Source of the DNA: Camelus ferus
Taxonomy: Eukaryota
DNA: 64,000 nucleotides
Reading direction: 5' to 3'
NCBI RefSeq assembly: GCF_009834535.1
Contig: NC_045696.1
Coordinates: 81,222,001-81,286,000, forward strand
Position 1 is the stretch's first letter, and each line of letters starts with the position of its first letter. Both the position numbers and the translations under genes were made by a program. The notes under the pieces are model-generated. The model did not search any database and was not told where the DNA came from. It was given only the letters and a program-made list of their open reading frames with translations. Of the stretch, positions 1 through 13,764 are shown one piece after another.

Positions 1-100
1 TTTTTATCCTTACTTTACAGATGCAAAAACTGACGTTAGAGATGAAGCATCTGATCCAAGGACACACAGCTCCTAAGTGGTGGACTCTGGAGGCCGGCGC
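1..100 (-). mobile_element. MIR SINE fragment
   Basis: ttacagatgcaaaaactgacg...ccaaggacacacagct is the reverse of the MIR core. Confidence 0.7.
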
Positions 101-594
101 CTCACACATGATGCTCAATTGCCCCTTAAAACCCAAGAGTCTGTTACCCTGTTCAGAAAGTCTCGTCTACAGTGTGCAGATAGAACTACAGTGGTTGTGA
201 GAGCTGTTGCAGCTCAGCTGACACTTTATGTGACTGCCTGGATATTGGGCAGGGCTAAGGCCATCCAGGAGGTGCAAGGCTGAAAGCCGTGGCCTACTGC
301 CTGGTGCGAATGATACAGAGAGTTAGTGCCTGTCTATTCAGGAGTGCCATGTATCCAGGAGGGAAGGGGCAGGGCATAGGTTCTGGTTTAAAAGGGAACA
401 GATTCCAGATGGGAAAAGACTTGGCTAACTGTATTTAAGTAAGCTTACATCTGTACAACTATAGATACCATAGCCGTTTTCCTGAGATCAGGAATGGATG
501 GTGATCTTTCTAGTTATGTGACTCTTTTCCCATATGATGAGTGGGCTATAAGCAGGTATGCATGGATACCTGGAGAGGCAAGGTTGATTCTGAA

Positions 595-790
595 GGACTC
601 TAGCATGAGACTACATGAGTTTGAATCCAAATTCTAACTTTTATCAGCTTTGTGGGCTTGGGCAACTTACCTCATCTCTGTGTGCCTTAGTTTCCTCATC
701 TATAAAATGGAAATGCTAATAATAGTACCCCATTATAGAGTTGTTGTATCAATTAAATTAGATAAAACCTGTGACATGCTTAGAACAAAG
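595..790 (+). mobile_element. MIR SINE
   Basis: tttgaatcc...ttgggcaacttacc...tgccttagtttcctcatctataaaatgg...aatagtacc...gttgttg; clear MIR core and 3' part. Confidence 0.9.
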
Positions 791-2322
791 CTATTGTTCT
801 AAATGTTTGCAGTTGTTTCTAATCATCATTGTTGCTGATGCAAAAGATGCTTAGTGTCTTGGGTAAAAGCAGCTCAGACAAAGCCCTGACCAAATTATGA
901 ACCATTCTGAGCATCATTCAGATAGTAAATTATGGAAATGAATGCAAGGAGCTAGAGTTGGCAAAGGGGTGGCTGCCTGGCACAGTCGTATACTGGGAGT
1001 GGGAGGGCAACTTGATACAGTTCTTGGGAAGTCAGTTAGGAGATCTGTTATCAAAGGTTCTAAAAAGATGCAAGCCTTTTGACCTTGAAGTTCTGCCTCT
1101 AGAAATAATTTAACATGTCAAAACTGGGTACAAGGATGTGAATTGATATATCTTAGTAGATACCTTCAAATGAGTTCCTTTTTTAGTTTATTAAAAGCCA
1201 GAGTTAGTAAGTTAACATCTTACTTTCAAAATTGGCTTATACTTTTTTTTTGCTGGTTATACACAGTTTTGTCCATAAATGTCTAGATATAAAATTTCAT
1301 CCAAATACTGAGAATTATGAGATCCTGCTGGGAGTCTTTTTTTCTCCTGTGGAGGAAAATTACATAGTACTACCTTTTTAATCAACGTTCTTGAGGCTAC
1401 AAATTCTAATCAGTACAGTAATGTTTTTCACTAACTTGGGGAAGAGGGATTTAAAAAGGTTCCTTCTACCCAGAAATTCTGATACAATTCTAAGGGACAT
1501 GAACCCTGCACATTCTGCCATCCCACATCCATGGAGAATCCTTGATACGGAATAAAGACTTTTGTCTCAAATGTAAATTCTTTTGAACGTCAGATGAGTT
1601 CTATGCAGATGGACCTCCTATGAACTAGTTAATACTGAACAGGTATGATTTTTTGATGTTCATTCTGAATACACAATTTAGGCAAAGTCAGCCCTTCTCA
1701 TTTAGGAAGAATACTGCTATTTTTAAAAAATTTTATTAGCAGGCCATTACTTTCTTTCCTATCTTCTCTTCCTATAATTTGGATTTACCTCCAGGCAATG
1801 TGGCAATTTAAAGGACTGTGATGAATAAACACCAAGGATGTGGCATTCAGACTAGTGTATCTTTAAAAAAACAATCTATAGTATGTGTTTTAATGCCCAG
1901 CTGCTGAGTCTTTGACCTAGAATACTGGCTGCTTGTGTTAGTTGATGTTGGTAGGTTTTATTCTAGTATCTGCTTTGAGATAAAGGCAGAAATTCATTTT
2001 TTATGTCAGCATGTAAACGTTGTTCTTTTTTGACAGGTAGTGCCCAGCATGTAGCAATAAAAACACAAGAGCCAGGTTCTTCCTGTCATCTGAAAGGTCA
2101 GGAGAATTACAATGTAATGACAGACTCTTCCCATTGCTGTATAAAGGAGATAGGAATCTTATGTTCACCTTTAACATGCCCCAAACAAGAAAACATTGGA
2201 CATTTAGTCTTGGGGCATGTCTCTGTCTATTAGGTGAGCTATGCTCAGAAGAGAGGCAGCACTCAACTTAGAAACTGACTCTTCTCTAACAACATTTTTC
2301 CAGAAAAATCAGTGTTACAAAT

Positions 2323-2535
2323 CAGGAATCAGTGAAATTTTTGTGTAAAGGGCCAGATAGTAAATTTTGAAGGTTTTGTGAGCTGTACACTCTCTGCTGC
2401 AACTACTTAACTCTGTTGTTGTAGCAAAAAGCAGCCCTAGACAATATGTAAAAAAAATGGCTGTGTGACTGTGTTCCAGTAAAACTTTATTTATAAAAAC
2501 AAGCAACGAGCCAGATTTAATTTGTCGACAGTCGA
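2323..2535 (+). mobile_element. MER58A-like non-autonomous hAT-Charlie DNA transposon
   Basis: gtaaagggccagatagtaaat...gcaactacttaactctg...agacaatatgtaaa...tgtgttccagtaaaactttattt matches the MER58A consensus as recalled. Confidence 0.85.
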
Positions 2536-2665
2536 CAGTTGTTATAAATGACCATTCACTTCCTAGACCAGATCACAGAAACTTACTTATCTTGTAAGTT
2601 ACTACATTGTACATGTACAACAATACTATTTTTAAATTAATTTTTTAATTAAAATAATGCCCACC

Positions 2666-5510
2666 ACTCCCAACAAACAAAAGTTCAGGACCAGTTGGCT
2701 TCACTGGTGAATTCTACCAAACATTTAGAGAATTAATACCAATCCTTCTCAAACTCTTCCCAAAAATGAGAGAAGGGAGCACTTCCACAATCATTTGATA
2801 AGGTCAGCATTATCCCGATACCAAAACCAGATAAGGACAGTACAAGAAAAGGAAACTACAAGCCGGTATTCCTGTTGAACAGAGATGCAAAAATCCTCAG
2901 CAAAATATTAGTCAACCGAATTCAACAATCTCATACACCATGATCAAGAGGGATTTACTCAAGGGATGCAAGGAAGGTTCAACACCTGCAAATCAATCAA
3001 TGTGATACACCACGTTAACGGAACGAGGGGTTAAGAATCATAGGATTACTTCAGTAGATGCAGAAAAAGCTTTTGACAGAATTCAACATCCATTTGTGAT
3101 TAAAAACTCTCAAAAAATATGTATAGAGGGAACATAGCTTAACATAACGAAGGCCATATATGTATGACACGCCCACAGTTAACATCACACTTGGTGGTGA
3201 AAAGCTAAAAGCCAACCCCCAAAGATCAGGAACAAAACACGGATGCCCCATCTCGCCACTTGTATTCAACATAGTATTGGAAGTTCTAGCCAGAAAAATA
3301 AGTAAAAGTCATCCAGATTGAAAAGGAAGAAGGAAAACTGTCCTACTATTTGTGAATGGCATTGATTTTATATATAGAAAACCCTAAAGACTCCAGCAAA
3401 AAAACTGTTAGAAGTAACAAATGAATTCAGTAAAGTTGTAGGACACAAAATCAATCTGTGGAAATCTGTTGTATTTCTATCCACTAAAAATGAACTGTCA
3501 GAAAGAGAAATTAAGAAAACAGTCCCATTTACAATCACATCAATAAGAATAAACTACCTAGGAATAAATGTAACCAAAGAGGTGAAAGACATGTACACTG
3601 AAAACTATAAGACACTGATGAAAGAAATTGAAGAAGACACAAATAAATGAAAAGATATTCTGTGCTCATGTATTGGAAAAATTAATATTGTTAAAATGTC
3701 TGTACTACCTACAACAATGTACAGACTCAGTGCAATCCCTATCAAAATTTCAATGGCATTTTTCACAGAAATAGAACTAACAATCCTAAAACTTGTTTGG
3801 AACCACAGAAGACCTTGAATAACCAAAGTGGTCTTGAGAAAGAACAAAGCTGGAGGCATTCTGCTCCCTGATTTCAAACTATATTACAAAACTATAGTAA
3901 TCAAAACAGAATGATATTTGCATAAAACCAGACACATAGATCAATGGACCAGAATTGAAAGCCCAGAAATAAACCCACACATACATAGTCAATTAAATTA
4001 TGACAGAAGAGCCAAGAATACACAAGGAAAGGACACTCTCATCAATAAATGGTGTTGGGAAAACTGGACCTCAACATAATTAAGGTCATATATGTCAGGC
4101 CTACAACTAACATCAGACTCAGTGGTGAAAAGCGGAAAGCTTTTCCTCTAAGATCAGGAACAAGACACAGATGCCTACTCTTACCATTTTTATATGCTCA
4201 GTCTTGCCACATGCAAAAGAATGAGACTGGACCACTGTCTCACACCATATACAAAACGGATTAATGAAACTATAAAACTTCTAGAAGAAAGCATAAGCAG
4301 TAAGCTCCTTGACGTCATTCTTGGTGATGATTTTTTGGATTTGACACTGAAAGCAAAAGTAAGCAAGTGGGACTACATCAAGCTCAAAAGCTTCTGCACA
4401 GTATAAGAAACCATCAACGAAATGAAAAGGCAACCTACTGAATGGTAGGAAATAGTTGCAAATCATATATCTGATAAGGCGTTAATATCTAAAACATATA
4501 AAGAACTCATGCAGCGCAACAACAACAAAAAAACAAACAACCCCATTTAAAAATGGGCAGAGGATCTGAACTGGCAGTTTTCCTAAGAATGTGTACAGAT
4601 GGCCAATAGGTACATGAAAAGATGCTCAAAATTCCTAACCATCAAGGAAGTCCAAATCAAAAATACAGTGAGGTATTACCTCACACCTGTTAGAATGGCT
4701 AACATCAAAAATACAAGAAATAACCAGTGTTGGTGAGGATGTGGTGAAAAAGGAACCCTTGTGCACTACTGGGAATGTAAATTGGTGCAATTACTGTGGA
4801 AAACAGTATGGAGGCTCCTCAAAAAATTAAAAATAGAACTACCAATAATTTCACCTCTGAGTATTAATCCAAAGAAAAGGAAAGCACTAACTCAAAAAGA
4901 TATATGTATCTCCATGTACATTGTAGCATTACTTACAATAGCCAAGACATGGAAAAAACCTAAGTGTCCATCATTGGATGACTGGATAAAATTGTTGAAC
5001 ATGTATACAATGGAATACTATTCAACCATAAAAAATTGCCATTTTCAACAACATGGATGGACCCAGAGGGCATTATGCTAAGAGAAATGTCAGAGAAAGA
5101 TAAATACCATAAGATCTCATGTATATGTGGAATCTAAAAAAACCAAAAAAACGAAAAAGAAAACAAGATCATAGATACAGAGAACAGACTGGTGTTTGCT
5201 AGGGGCAGGGAACTGAGGGTGGACAAAATGGGTGAAAGGGGTCTAACTGTACAAACCTTGTTATAAAATAAGTATGTCATGGGGATGTAATCTACAGCAT
5301 GGCAACTATAGTTAATAATACTGTATTGGATATTGGAAAGTTGCTAAGAGAGTAGATGTTAACGTTCTCATCACAAGAAAAAGATTCTGTAATTATATAT
5401 GGTGACAGATGTTAACTAGACTTATCATGGTGATCATTTCAGTATATACAAATACTGAATTACTATATTGTATATCTGTACAACATTTTATGTGAATTAT
5501 ACCTATAAAA
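2666..5510 (+). mobile_element. 5'-truncated, decayed LINE-1 (ORF2 RT/C-terminal region plus 3' UTR, L1MA-like), sense to TNIK
   Basis: Starts in the region encoding [16 protein letters not shown] (aagttcaggaccagttggcttcactggtgaattctaccaaaca); RT motif at agatgcagaaaaagcttttgac; C-terminal LLWKTVWRLLKKLKIELP (ORF 4761-5081); L1MA-type 3' UTR at 5150-5510. Many stops and frameshifts. Confidence 0.95.
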
Positions 5511-5519
5511 ATGCCAGTA

Positions 5520-7500
5520 CACATATAAAAGCAACAATTTTCTACTTACCACTTCCTAGACTTACTCCCTAATATAACTGCTTATTTCTCTTTTGGCTAT
5601 TTTTTCTGGATATTGCCTTCAAATCTCAATATAAAGGCTTTTATTGTTTCCTATTTTATTAGTTTTAGACATCTGTTGACTTCTGCTAAGATAGATGAGA
5701 ATTTGGTTCACTGATATTCTCATGTGCCCATTCCTCCATACGTGCAATATAGTTTTTTTGTTTCTCTACTTGTTACTGAAATAAATATTCATAAGTAAGT
5801 TCTTTTCTTAACTGTACTTGATGAATTTTCACTAACAGACAGCATTGTTTAGATTCCCTATTTTGTAAAATTAGGACTTTATGTCTCCTGCATTCTTCAC
5901 CTCTTTTTACTTTTATGGAACAAGGCTCACAGTATTTCATTTCTATAGTTTTCTATTTTCATGGAATTTCCAAATGTCGTTCTTTTCCCTGCTCTTTTGG
6001 CTGCTTAATCACAACTTCAGTTTTTGAAACCCCCACATCAGAGTTTTCTTCTGTGCCCTGTTTCCCCAGGTCCTTCTCCCCAGGGTCCTCCATCGTTCTG
6101 CCTTCTAGGCCTGCCACTCGCCTGTCCTTTGGGCATGTCCTGCTTCGGATCCACAGGTTCTCCCAAATCGTCCAGTGTTTGCTCAAGGGCCACTCCTTCA
6201 TTTTGATTGTACATCTCTTCACTTCTCTTTCTACAAAAGGATGTAAAGGGATTAACGCTGTGTTTGAATGTTTGAAGGTGTTTTTATGCTCTTCTCATAT
6301 TGGATCTGATTAGGATGAATCTAGAAATCTGACATGAAAGTTACGTTCCTTTGCCTCCGTTCTTGGAGTGGGGAGGGTGAGTGGTGAGAAAGGGGTAGAA
6401 GGAAAGGGTGACTTTTCAGTGGGAGTTTCATTTGTCTTCAGTCTTCAGGCTCCTAAAAAGTCTAGTCCCTATTCCTCTCTATTTCTCTTCCTTTGTAGAG
6501 GACCAGTTTTCCTCTTTTCTTCTTTTCATATGGAGGCACATTTTGTGAATACACCAAATTCTAAAATTAAGTCATAATTTTCTGAGAAATGAGAATATTT
6601 GCTGATTCATCTTCTATTTAATTTTTAAAGTCATTTTCAATTAACAGAATTTTTTTCATGTTTGCTCATTCTTTTCCCATAGCATTCTCTTCTTGTTTTA
6701 TGGATGTATTTTCTTGACTCTCATTGGGATATTTGAGGTTCTTTTCTACTGCCTGTTTTATTTGTATTTCATTCAAGATTGTTTTTCTCCCAGTTATTTA
6801 TCTTGCTGGTGCTCTTCTATGTTGAAGGTTTTGCTCATTTGTCATGTTTATCCATTCATAATGAAGAGTGAGGCCATTAACCAGCTGCTTTGTGATTCTT
6901 TATGTTGGCTTTATAAAATGGAGTCTTTTTCTCTTAGCCATTCCAATTTCTTTATAGAAGATTGCTACAAATTTCTTTTTCAGGGGGTTGGGGAGCAGGG
7001 CAGGGTCTGGTGCGATGGAGAGGGAGGAGGGAGGGAGATGAGAGAGAGAATGCAGGATGGAGGGACACATGGTAGGGGTAAGTGACTGGTTGTTGCACAT
7101 ACAGGCTTTCAAATAATTTTTTCTTTTTCCTGCCCCATGTCTCACCCTCATCCTTCGTCCTACAAGGAATCGCAAGTGTTGCCAAATTCCGCAAGATCAG
7201 CCAGGTCGTTTCTGTGGGTTCCTCACTGTGGCCTGTTCTGCTGCGTTTCAGTATCAGTCTTCCAACTTCTTTCTAATGTTTGAAGCTCTTACCTTCTCAG
7301 GGCCCTTTGCATTTAAAAAAATGTTGTGGATTTATGTCATTTTAAATCTTTCAACTCCCATTTTTAGTGGGGTTGATGGAGGGAGAGACAATCAAGTTGG
7401 GTGGTTAATCAGAAGCCTGCAGTATTGTTTCCTACTCCTGTATTTTGAATTGCTGTTAGACAATATTTTATTCTACTGTCCACTTAATGTCTGTATATGG
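5520..7500 (-). mobile_element. Ancient HAL1 (half-L1)/L1ME-like element, heavily decayed
   Basis: T-rich + strand; ttctaggcctgccactcgcctgtcc (6100s), gtttgaaggtgtttttatgctcttctcat (6270s) and ccatagcattctcttcttgttttatggatgtattttctt (6680s) resemble the reverse HAL1 consensus in the expected order. Confidence 0.65.
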
Positions 7501-8469
7501 ATTATCCTGCCAGCCAGGCCTTCATGTGTGTGAGAGTTAACTGAAATTCAAGATTCTAGGACCATATTTCTATCCTACATTCTACTCCTTCTACTCCCGT
7601 CTTCTTAATCCCTCCTCTTATCTTGTCTGATGTTTGGCAGAAACTCAGGGAGCTGGAGGGGTTGCTTCTTATTCATGAGACAACCAAAAGCTGTCAGCCG
7701 CTTCTGAGGTGATTTTTGCTCCTTCCTTGTCCCCAGTCCCTACAAGCAACCTGGGAAGGAGACTCAGTTTATCCATAGCTTTGATAATAAGTTGTATTTC
7801 GATGATTTAGTCGCCCACACATGATTGTGTCTTACTTTGTGGTCCTGAAAATTCCTAACATCCCAAATTAACTCTGGAGAACTACGGAAGATTGGAATGA
7901 GGATGTCCATGTGTCCTCTGTGCCCTTCCCTCCCCTAAGGCTTTCCCCTGCATGCTGACGGATGTTCACTGGCTGCTCTCCCCTGGGATGCCGGGCTCTG
8001 GGCTGCTCATTTCACCTTAAACACAGAACAAGGCACTGTTGAAAACAGAGGCTGCTACCTCACTTCCTCTCCCCCATTTCCTGCCCTGTCATCATGAATA
8101 TGCATGTTTGTGTTCTGTAAGGTGAGGGAGAGAAATCGGGGGTCTGGGGTGTCTGTGCTCAGCTCCTTAGGAAGACAGATCTTACTGATGTTCCAGGCTT
8201 TTTCATGAAATTTTAAAGTAAATCAAGCTGCTAATTCACAGATTTTTTTCTACTCTAATTTTCCTCCTGAGAAAATAAAACAATACAAGTAGTTTCTGTG
8301 ATTCATCGTCAGTTGTCAGACAGTATCTGATGCCAATTTCTATGGGTTCTAGTTACATTTTTAGTAAGGAACAAGTTTTGGGGATTTTTTAAGCAACATA
8401 TACCCAAGTGGTAAGTTATGAGCTCCTGTGGTAGAAAAAGTTATTAAAAAGCTGTAGATTTCTGCTTTT

Positions 8470-8600
8470 TTATCTGAAGGTGAGTTTCCAAGCTGTTCTA
8501 TAAACTCAGAAATTGTCAGACCTGAGGTTCCCATGAGTCTTCTTAGATGTCGTCCTGGTGGTGATGTGTCATGTGGGCCTTGAGGCTTCAACTAATTCTA
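8470..8600. mobile_element. MER5-like hAT-Charlie fragment
   Basis: gtttccaagctgttctataaactcagaa...gtcctggtggtgatgtgtcatgtgggccttgagg; weak resemblance only. Confidence 0.4.
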
Positions 8601-9059
8601 CCTGAACCCATTACTCGCTGAGTGTGGGAGTGTGGGCCAGTCCCTTCTCTACATCCACATTCCTTTTTTGGGTGAGTGTCCTTGAAAGCACTGTACATCC
8701 TCCCCTTCTTAGTGCTTGTGGATTTTCCAGGAAGCTTATCCAAACTCTGCTATAATCTACCGGACTCCTTTTGACCCATTTTTCTGAATTTTCCAGAGAG
8801 AAACACTTCAACAGTTAAATTCAGCACATTTTGAGCGCCTATTGTGTACAAGATGCTTCAGAGCATACGAAGGAGATTTTTAGGCTTATAATTGAATAGT
8901 GGGGTTCAGGCAAGTATCTAACACTCAAGGGTAACTCTGAGAGTGAAACTTCATTTGAATTTAATTAATTAAAAATTTAAATTTACTTGTAAGCCAACGT
9001 TAGTATTAGCATCGTAGGCATCAATTAAATTTTTTTCCTTTGTAATTCAATTTTAAAAT

Positions 9060-9730
9060 TATATGCAGTAGGTGTGGACCACTGCTTTAGGCATATTTCT
9101 GGATACAGACATGATTAAGACATGGTCCCTGTTTTCTAAGAATTTTATATATGTATATAAATAACTAAAGTCAAAATAATCACACAAGTACTTTAATAAA
9201 AACAGCCTTTCTGTAAAGAGTGCCTTAAAACTATACGGGAAGTAGAGATTGATTTTGAAAAGGACTTTTATGAAGGAAATGCTATTTGGTTTTGATCTTG
9301 AATAAAATTTTAACAGACAGACATGAATGTTTCCAGAATGAAGGCCCAGTTTGAGCTCAAGCTAGGAGACAGGAAATACAGGGTGAGTTAGGGGTGTATG
9401 AAGGGCAGGTCCTGGGAAATGACATTGAAAAAGTAAGTTAAGGTCTTGTTGTAAAGGAGTCTTAGTACCAGGCAAAGGAGCTTGAACTTGATGTTGATAA
9501 TCTGAGGGAAGCCAATAATTGTTCTCTTTTTTCAAACAATAATACAGATTGGCTCTTAGATTATTCAGGTGATAGTGTTAGAGGATGAAGAAAGAAGGCA
9601 AATTACAAGAAAAGTGCAAGTGATGTGTAAATGACACAACTATTGGTTTGCAACACAAGTGGGGATGGTGTACATTTTGAAGAAGAATTGTTACAGGACT
9701 TGAAGACAGGTTTTGAACCCAGACACAGAG
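9060..9730 (-). mobile_element. L2 LINE fragments
   Basis: atgattaagacatggtccctg and caggcaaaggagcttgaacttgat...gagggaagcca are typical reverse-strand L2 3' segments. Confidence 0.6.
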
Positions 9731-9979
9731 TGAGGATAAGGTTGTCCTTAAGGGAGGGCAGAACCCAACCCCTCCCTCTTGCATGTAGTGTGTCTTGATC
9801 TTGTATCAGGCGCTGTGCTCAGAGGCGATGGGGGAAGTGAGAAGTAGTCCCTGAATCTGGCTCAGCAGGGGAGGAAGAAAGGTGCACAAATGAGCTTTGT
9901 ATTAAGAACAGTTAGAGGCTCCAGCTGTGGGAATGAAATAGCAGAAACAATGATGACTGCTACTCAAAATCCATCTATG

Positions 9980-10130
9980 AATGTGCCATTCTCTGTTGAA
10001 ATCCTTTTATACCTATCAACTCATTTAACCTTCCTGACAGCCCTATGAAGCAGGAACTTTTATGATCCCTATTATGTAGATGAAGAAACTGAGGCACTGA
10101 GCATTGGTAGAGACAGGACTCAAACCCAAC
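9980..10130 (-). mobile_element. MIR SINE
   Basis: actcatttaaccttcctgacagccctatgaag...gtagatgaagaaactgaggcac...ggactcaaaccca. Confidence 0.85.
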
Positions 10131-12226
10131 TCCATGCTCTTGGGTTCAAACCCAAAAGGTAGGATTGTAACCACTACAGCCTGCCTGGAGAGAGTTTGGG
10201 TGGTAGGCAGCTGTAAGAGGAGCCAGCAGAGTTGGGGAAGGATAGTTCAGGAAGTGAAATTAACACATGAAAAGGCATAGAGAGAATTCAAGGAAGAGGT
10301 TGGAGATTAGAGATGAGTTTTATTTGGGGCATCGTTTGACTGCTGCTGTGATATTTAGGTGGGGATGTCTCACTAAGGAGACGGGTGTTTTTGGAGAAGT
10401 TAGCAGGCAGTTTCTCTTTGGCTTCTTTCCTGTCCATGTTGGCAGACGTTCTCCAGTGCATTTCATATATATTTCATCTCTGTGTGAGCAGGGAAGTGGA
10501 TCTGAAGGAGGAAGCTGTAGTATACCTTCTCGATCTTTCCTAAGGGGTTCAATTGTTCATTGAGAATCGACTTCAATTTAGTAATCAGACAGTATTTTCA
10601 ATAACAGTGGATGCTGTGGGAGTACTGCCATGACCCACTCACCCCCAACCATTGAAGAATTCACAATTTGGTGGGTGTCCAGCCCAACTGTGACAATACC
10701 TGAGTAGGTCCTTCCAAACTTGGAAAGGTGGGGTTAGCTAAAAAAAATTATCTTCCCAGTTTCTACTCAGTTTCTAGGCAGGAATTGAACTGCTTAACGT
10801 GAGTGTAAATGTGAGTGTGTGCACATGTGAATACGTGTATGTTTGTGAGAGTATTTTCTATTGAGGTGTAGGAATCAATGTAGATGATTGATCTCATGGA
10901 TAAAGGAGATATGAAAATCCTTCTAGATACTCAATGTTTCTGAAGTTCTTTGAGACATATGAAACAAATGAAAATCTTTGTGGCCCCTGGCTTAGAACAG
11001 CTGCTTTAACTACCCCTCCCTTAAAATGTTTTCACTCTGATCTTAATACAAGAGTAAGAAAAAATCATTTCAGCAGTGATTGTCATATATACCACTTCCT
11101 CATTGAAGATAGAGGAAAATGGAACTCCAGTCTCCCTAACATAGGCCATTTCAGTGGTCTTTCATGTAGGAAGTTATAAAAGAACACCAGCTGAGGCTGT
11201 GGTTTGTGGAGTAACTCTTCCCTAGCAAGAAAGAAATCACATTTTCAGATAACCAAAAAAAAGAAAAAAGTCACTATTGTATTCATGGGTCTGTTTTAAG
11301 TGGTACCACTGAATTAAAGCTGTCCAAGGAAATTACATAGTGAAGCGGGGGAGGGGGCATTGTGTGATGTATGTTCACTGAAATACTAAACACTCCAGTA
11401 TAACATCAGTATATAATTTGTATGGTTACAAATATTATTGGCATAAATAATTCATGCTGTTGCTTTTTATTCACTTGATTAACAGCGTCTTTGTCATTTT
11501 TATCAGTCATGATGCCATTGCAATCTTGCACATTGTGTTTAAAGAATACTTGGGGAAATGTTTCAACTGTGTGTCTGGATGGCATAATGTATTTATTCAT
11601 TTAGGCAGATGAAATGAAATAGAGAGTGTTTAATATGCATGTCTGCATTACACTAGACATTCTCTAAATAAATTACAGGCAATATTACTTTCATTGTGAG
11701 AAAAATTATAGTGTGATTTTTTTCAAGAAGCCAAACGCAGCCATTTTGTATTTTTAATTACAATTTTTTGAAGCTTTTCAAATAAGCTTTGAATAATCCA
11801 GAAAATTTTTGTATTGAGACGTCAATAGGAAACCTTTGGTAACTTGAGTGAGCTGTATCAAATGTGAGTTGAATTACTTTGGAAAAATGTAAAATAGGTT
11901 TTCTACTCATGGGGTGACGATGCTTCTGGAAAGTGGACACTGCTGTGCCATCCCCGTGCTGCTGTATTTGCAGTGCTCCATGAAGCCACCGTAGTTTTGG
12001 CCACTGAAGTGAGTTTTATCCCCTTTCCTGTTCTCTTCTAGTCCTCTCCCCAGCTCTCTGGAGCTCCGATCGTCAGCCTGTCCAGTGTCTCCTCTTACGG
12101 CATACCACCCAGGTCTTCTCACTGCCATTACCTTCCCCTCATCTTCGCCCATAAGAAAACTCCAGTTCCTTCCCACAGCTGGTCTCTGCTTAAGGTTAGA
12201 TCTCATGAGGTGACTGAGATAACTGG

Positions 12227-12700
12227 TGTTCAGGTTTGGACAATTGGTGTCCAAGAGAACCAGAACTGGACAGGAGTGAAAGCACCAGAATCAGATTATA
12301 TTTAAGACGACTGCAGTAGGGAAAAGAGACCTCAGTACAGAACAGGGCTCAACTCCAAGTACTGCAAGAACAAGTGGGGATTTACAGCCAAGGGGCAGGG
12401 TAGGGGGTCTCTGGATGGAAATTTACTCAGAGGGTAGGGTGAGTCTTGCTAACTTGACCTAACAAGATTCTTGCTGAGGGCAGTCCAGGGTCATCAGTTA
12501 TTTATTACCTGGGGGACAGTGTGGGGTTGAGGAAGGTAATCAGATACTGAGGGTTGGGTATTCTGGCTAAACCACCTGAAGAATTCTTGCTAAAATTGGG
12601 CAATGTAAAGATGGCCATGAAAGTCCAAAAGTTAAGACTTAGTTGGAAAAAGTTACAGAGGAGCTGGACTGAAGTTTAGTCAAGGAGAGACTTGTCATCA
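12227..12700 (-). mobile_element. ERV1-class solo LTR, MER31-like (474 bp)
   Basis: TG...CA termini with a perfect 4-bp TSD CTGG (12223-12226 and 12701-12704). The minus-strand start tgatgacaagtctctccttgactaaacttcagtccagctcctctg resembles MER31. Confidence 0.85.
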
Positions 12701-13175
12701 CTGGTAAGCATATTATTTTCTGAGGAGGGATTGTTTATGAAATGAGGAGCAAATCAACTCCAAATCAGGTTCAAGTTGGGACAGTCTTCTGAGAAGACTC
12801 TTCCAAGTACAGTCCTGACTATTACTGTGCAGTGGGAGAGTCCCGTTAGGTTCCTCTGATGAAGAGGGAAGGGGAGCTGAGGGTTCAGGGCCATTGTCAA
12901 GGTTGGGAGTTGGCAGGGACTGGAAGTGTGGTCTGTGACTCTCTTGCACACTGTGGAATCCTCAACCCCCAGGGACAAATAGGGAGAGCTCAGTCAACGC
13001 ATTAGTACTATGAGTGAATTTCACAGGTCAGGAAACTGGCACATAAAGAGGTTGGAGAACTTTGCTCTGTTCTTTTACACATTTCAGCTTTATGGAAAAT
13101 TACCTTTATTTCTCCTGCCCTATCCAAAAGTTATGGTCACTAGCTAATTGTTAGTACTCTCCTCATGGACAGCAC

Positions 13176-13764
13176 TGTTACTGAGAGGAGGGGATAACAG
13201 TTACCTCAGTTCTCAGTCACCTGAAAAAAAATGAACTTTTAACAAGAGACAGAAAGCATGATATAAACAGAAGATTTTATTTGTAAAGTAAAAAGATATT
13301 AAAATATAGTGCACACCCCAGAATTGGGGGCAGGCCAACCCAAGAGAGGGAAAATGGTGCTGCTCCTTTGTTTTTCCTGTTCTTATATCCTGGCTTAGGG
13401 AACGTTTTCATGATTGATTGATTAATTGATTGATGGCTCAGTTCCTTATGCTCAGGTCCCACCATCTCTTTTGCGTGTGTTCTTACCTATGATGCACACA
13501 GAGAAACCTCCGGGGGTGGAGGCCTTAAACTGTGATGTTAATTACATTATACTCCGCATTGGGTCTAGTTAAGCTGGGTTCTTCTCTCTACTGTGCAGCC
13601 TCAGTGTTCGGTCCTAGCCGGTTTCTTTGCTGGCCCTCATTTATAGAAAGTGAAAGTTTTTGGAGCCCCTTATCCTGAGCGCAGGTGTACTGTTATATTC
13701 TGGGTTGCTCCCTCTCCCTTCCTTTCCCCTTGCTGGGTGCTCATTTCTATCTAACTGCCTAACA
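13176..13764 (-). mobile_element. ERV1-class solo LTR (589 bp)
   Basis: TGTTA...TAACA inverted termini, 4-bp TSD GCAC (13172-13175 and 13765-13768), minus-strand AATAAA near 13275-13282; minus-strand start tgttaggcagttagatagaaatgagc. Confidence 0.85.

Noticed and set aside
2666..5510. Active or domesticated reverse transcriptase
   Set aside because: 5'-truncated with multiple stops, frameshifts and deletions; no long ORF remains.
5915..6313. Overlapping ORFs (132 aa +, 87 aa -) as a retrogene or novel gene
   Set aside because: The DNA is collinear with my recollection of the HAL1 consensus on both sides; no known protein similarity recognised.
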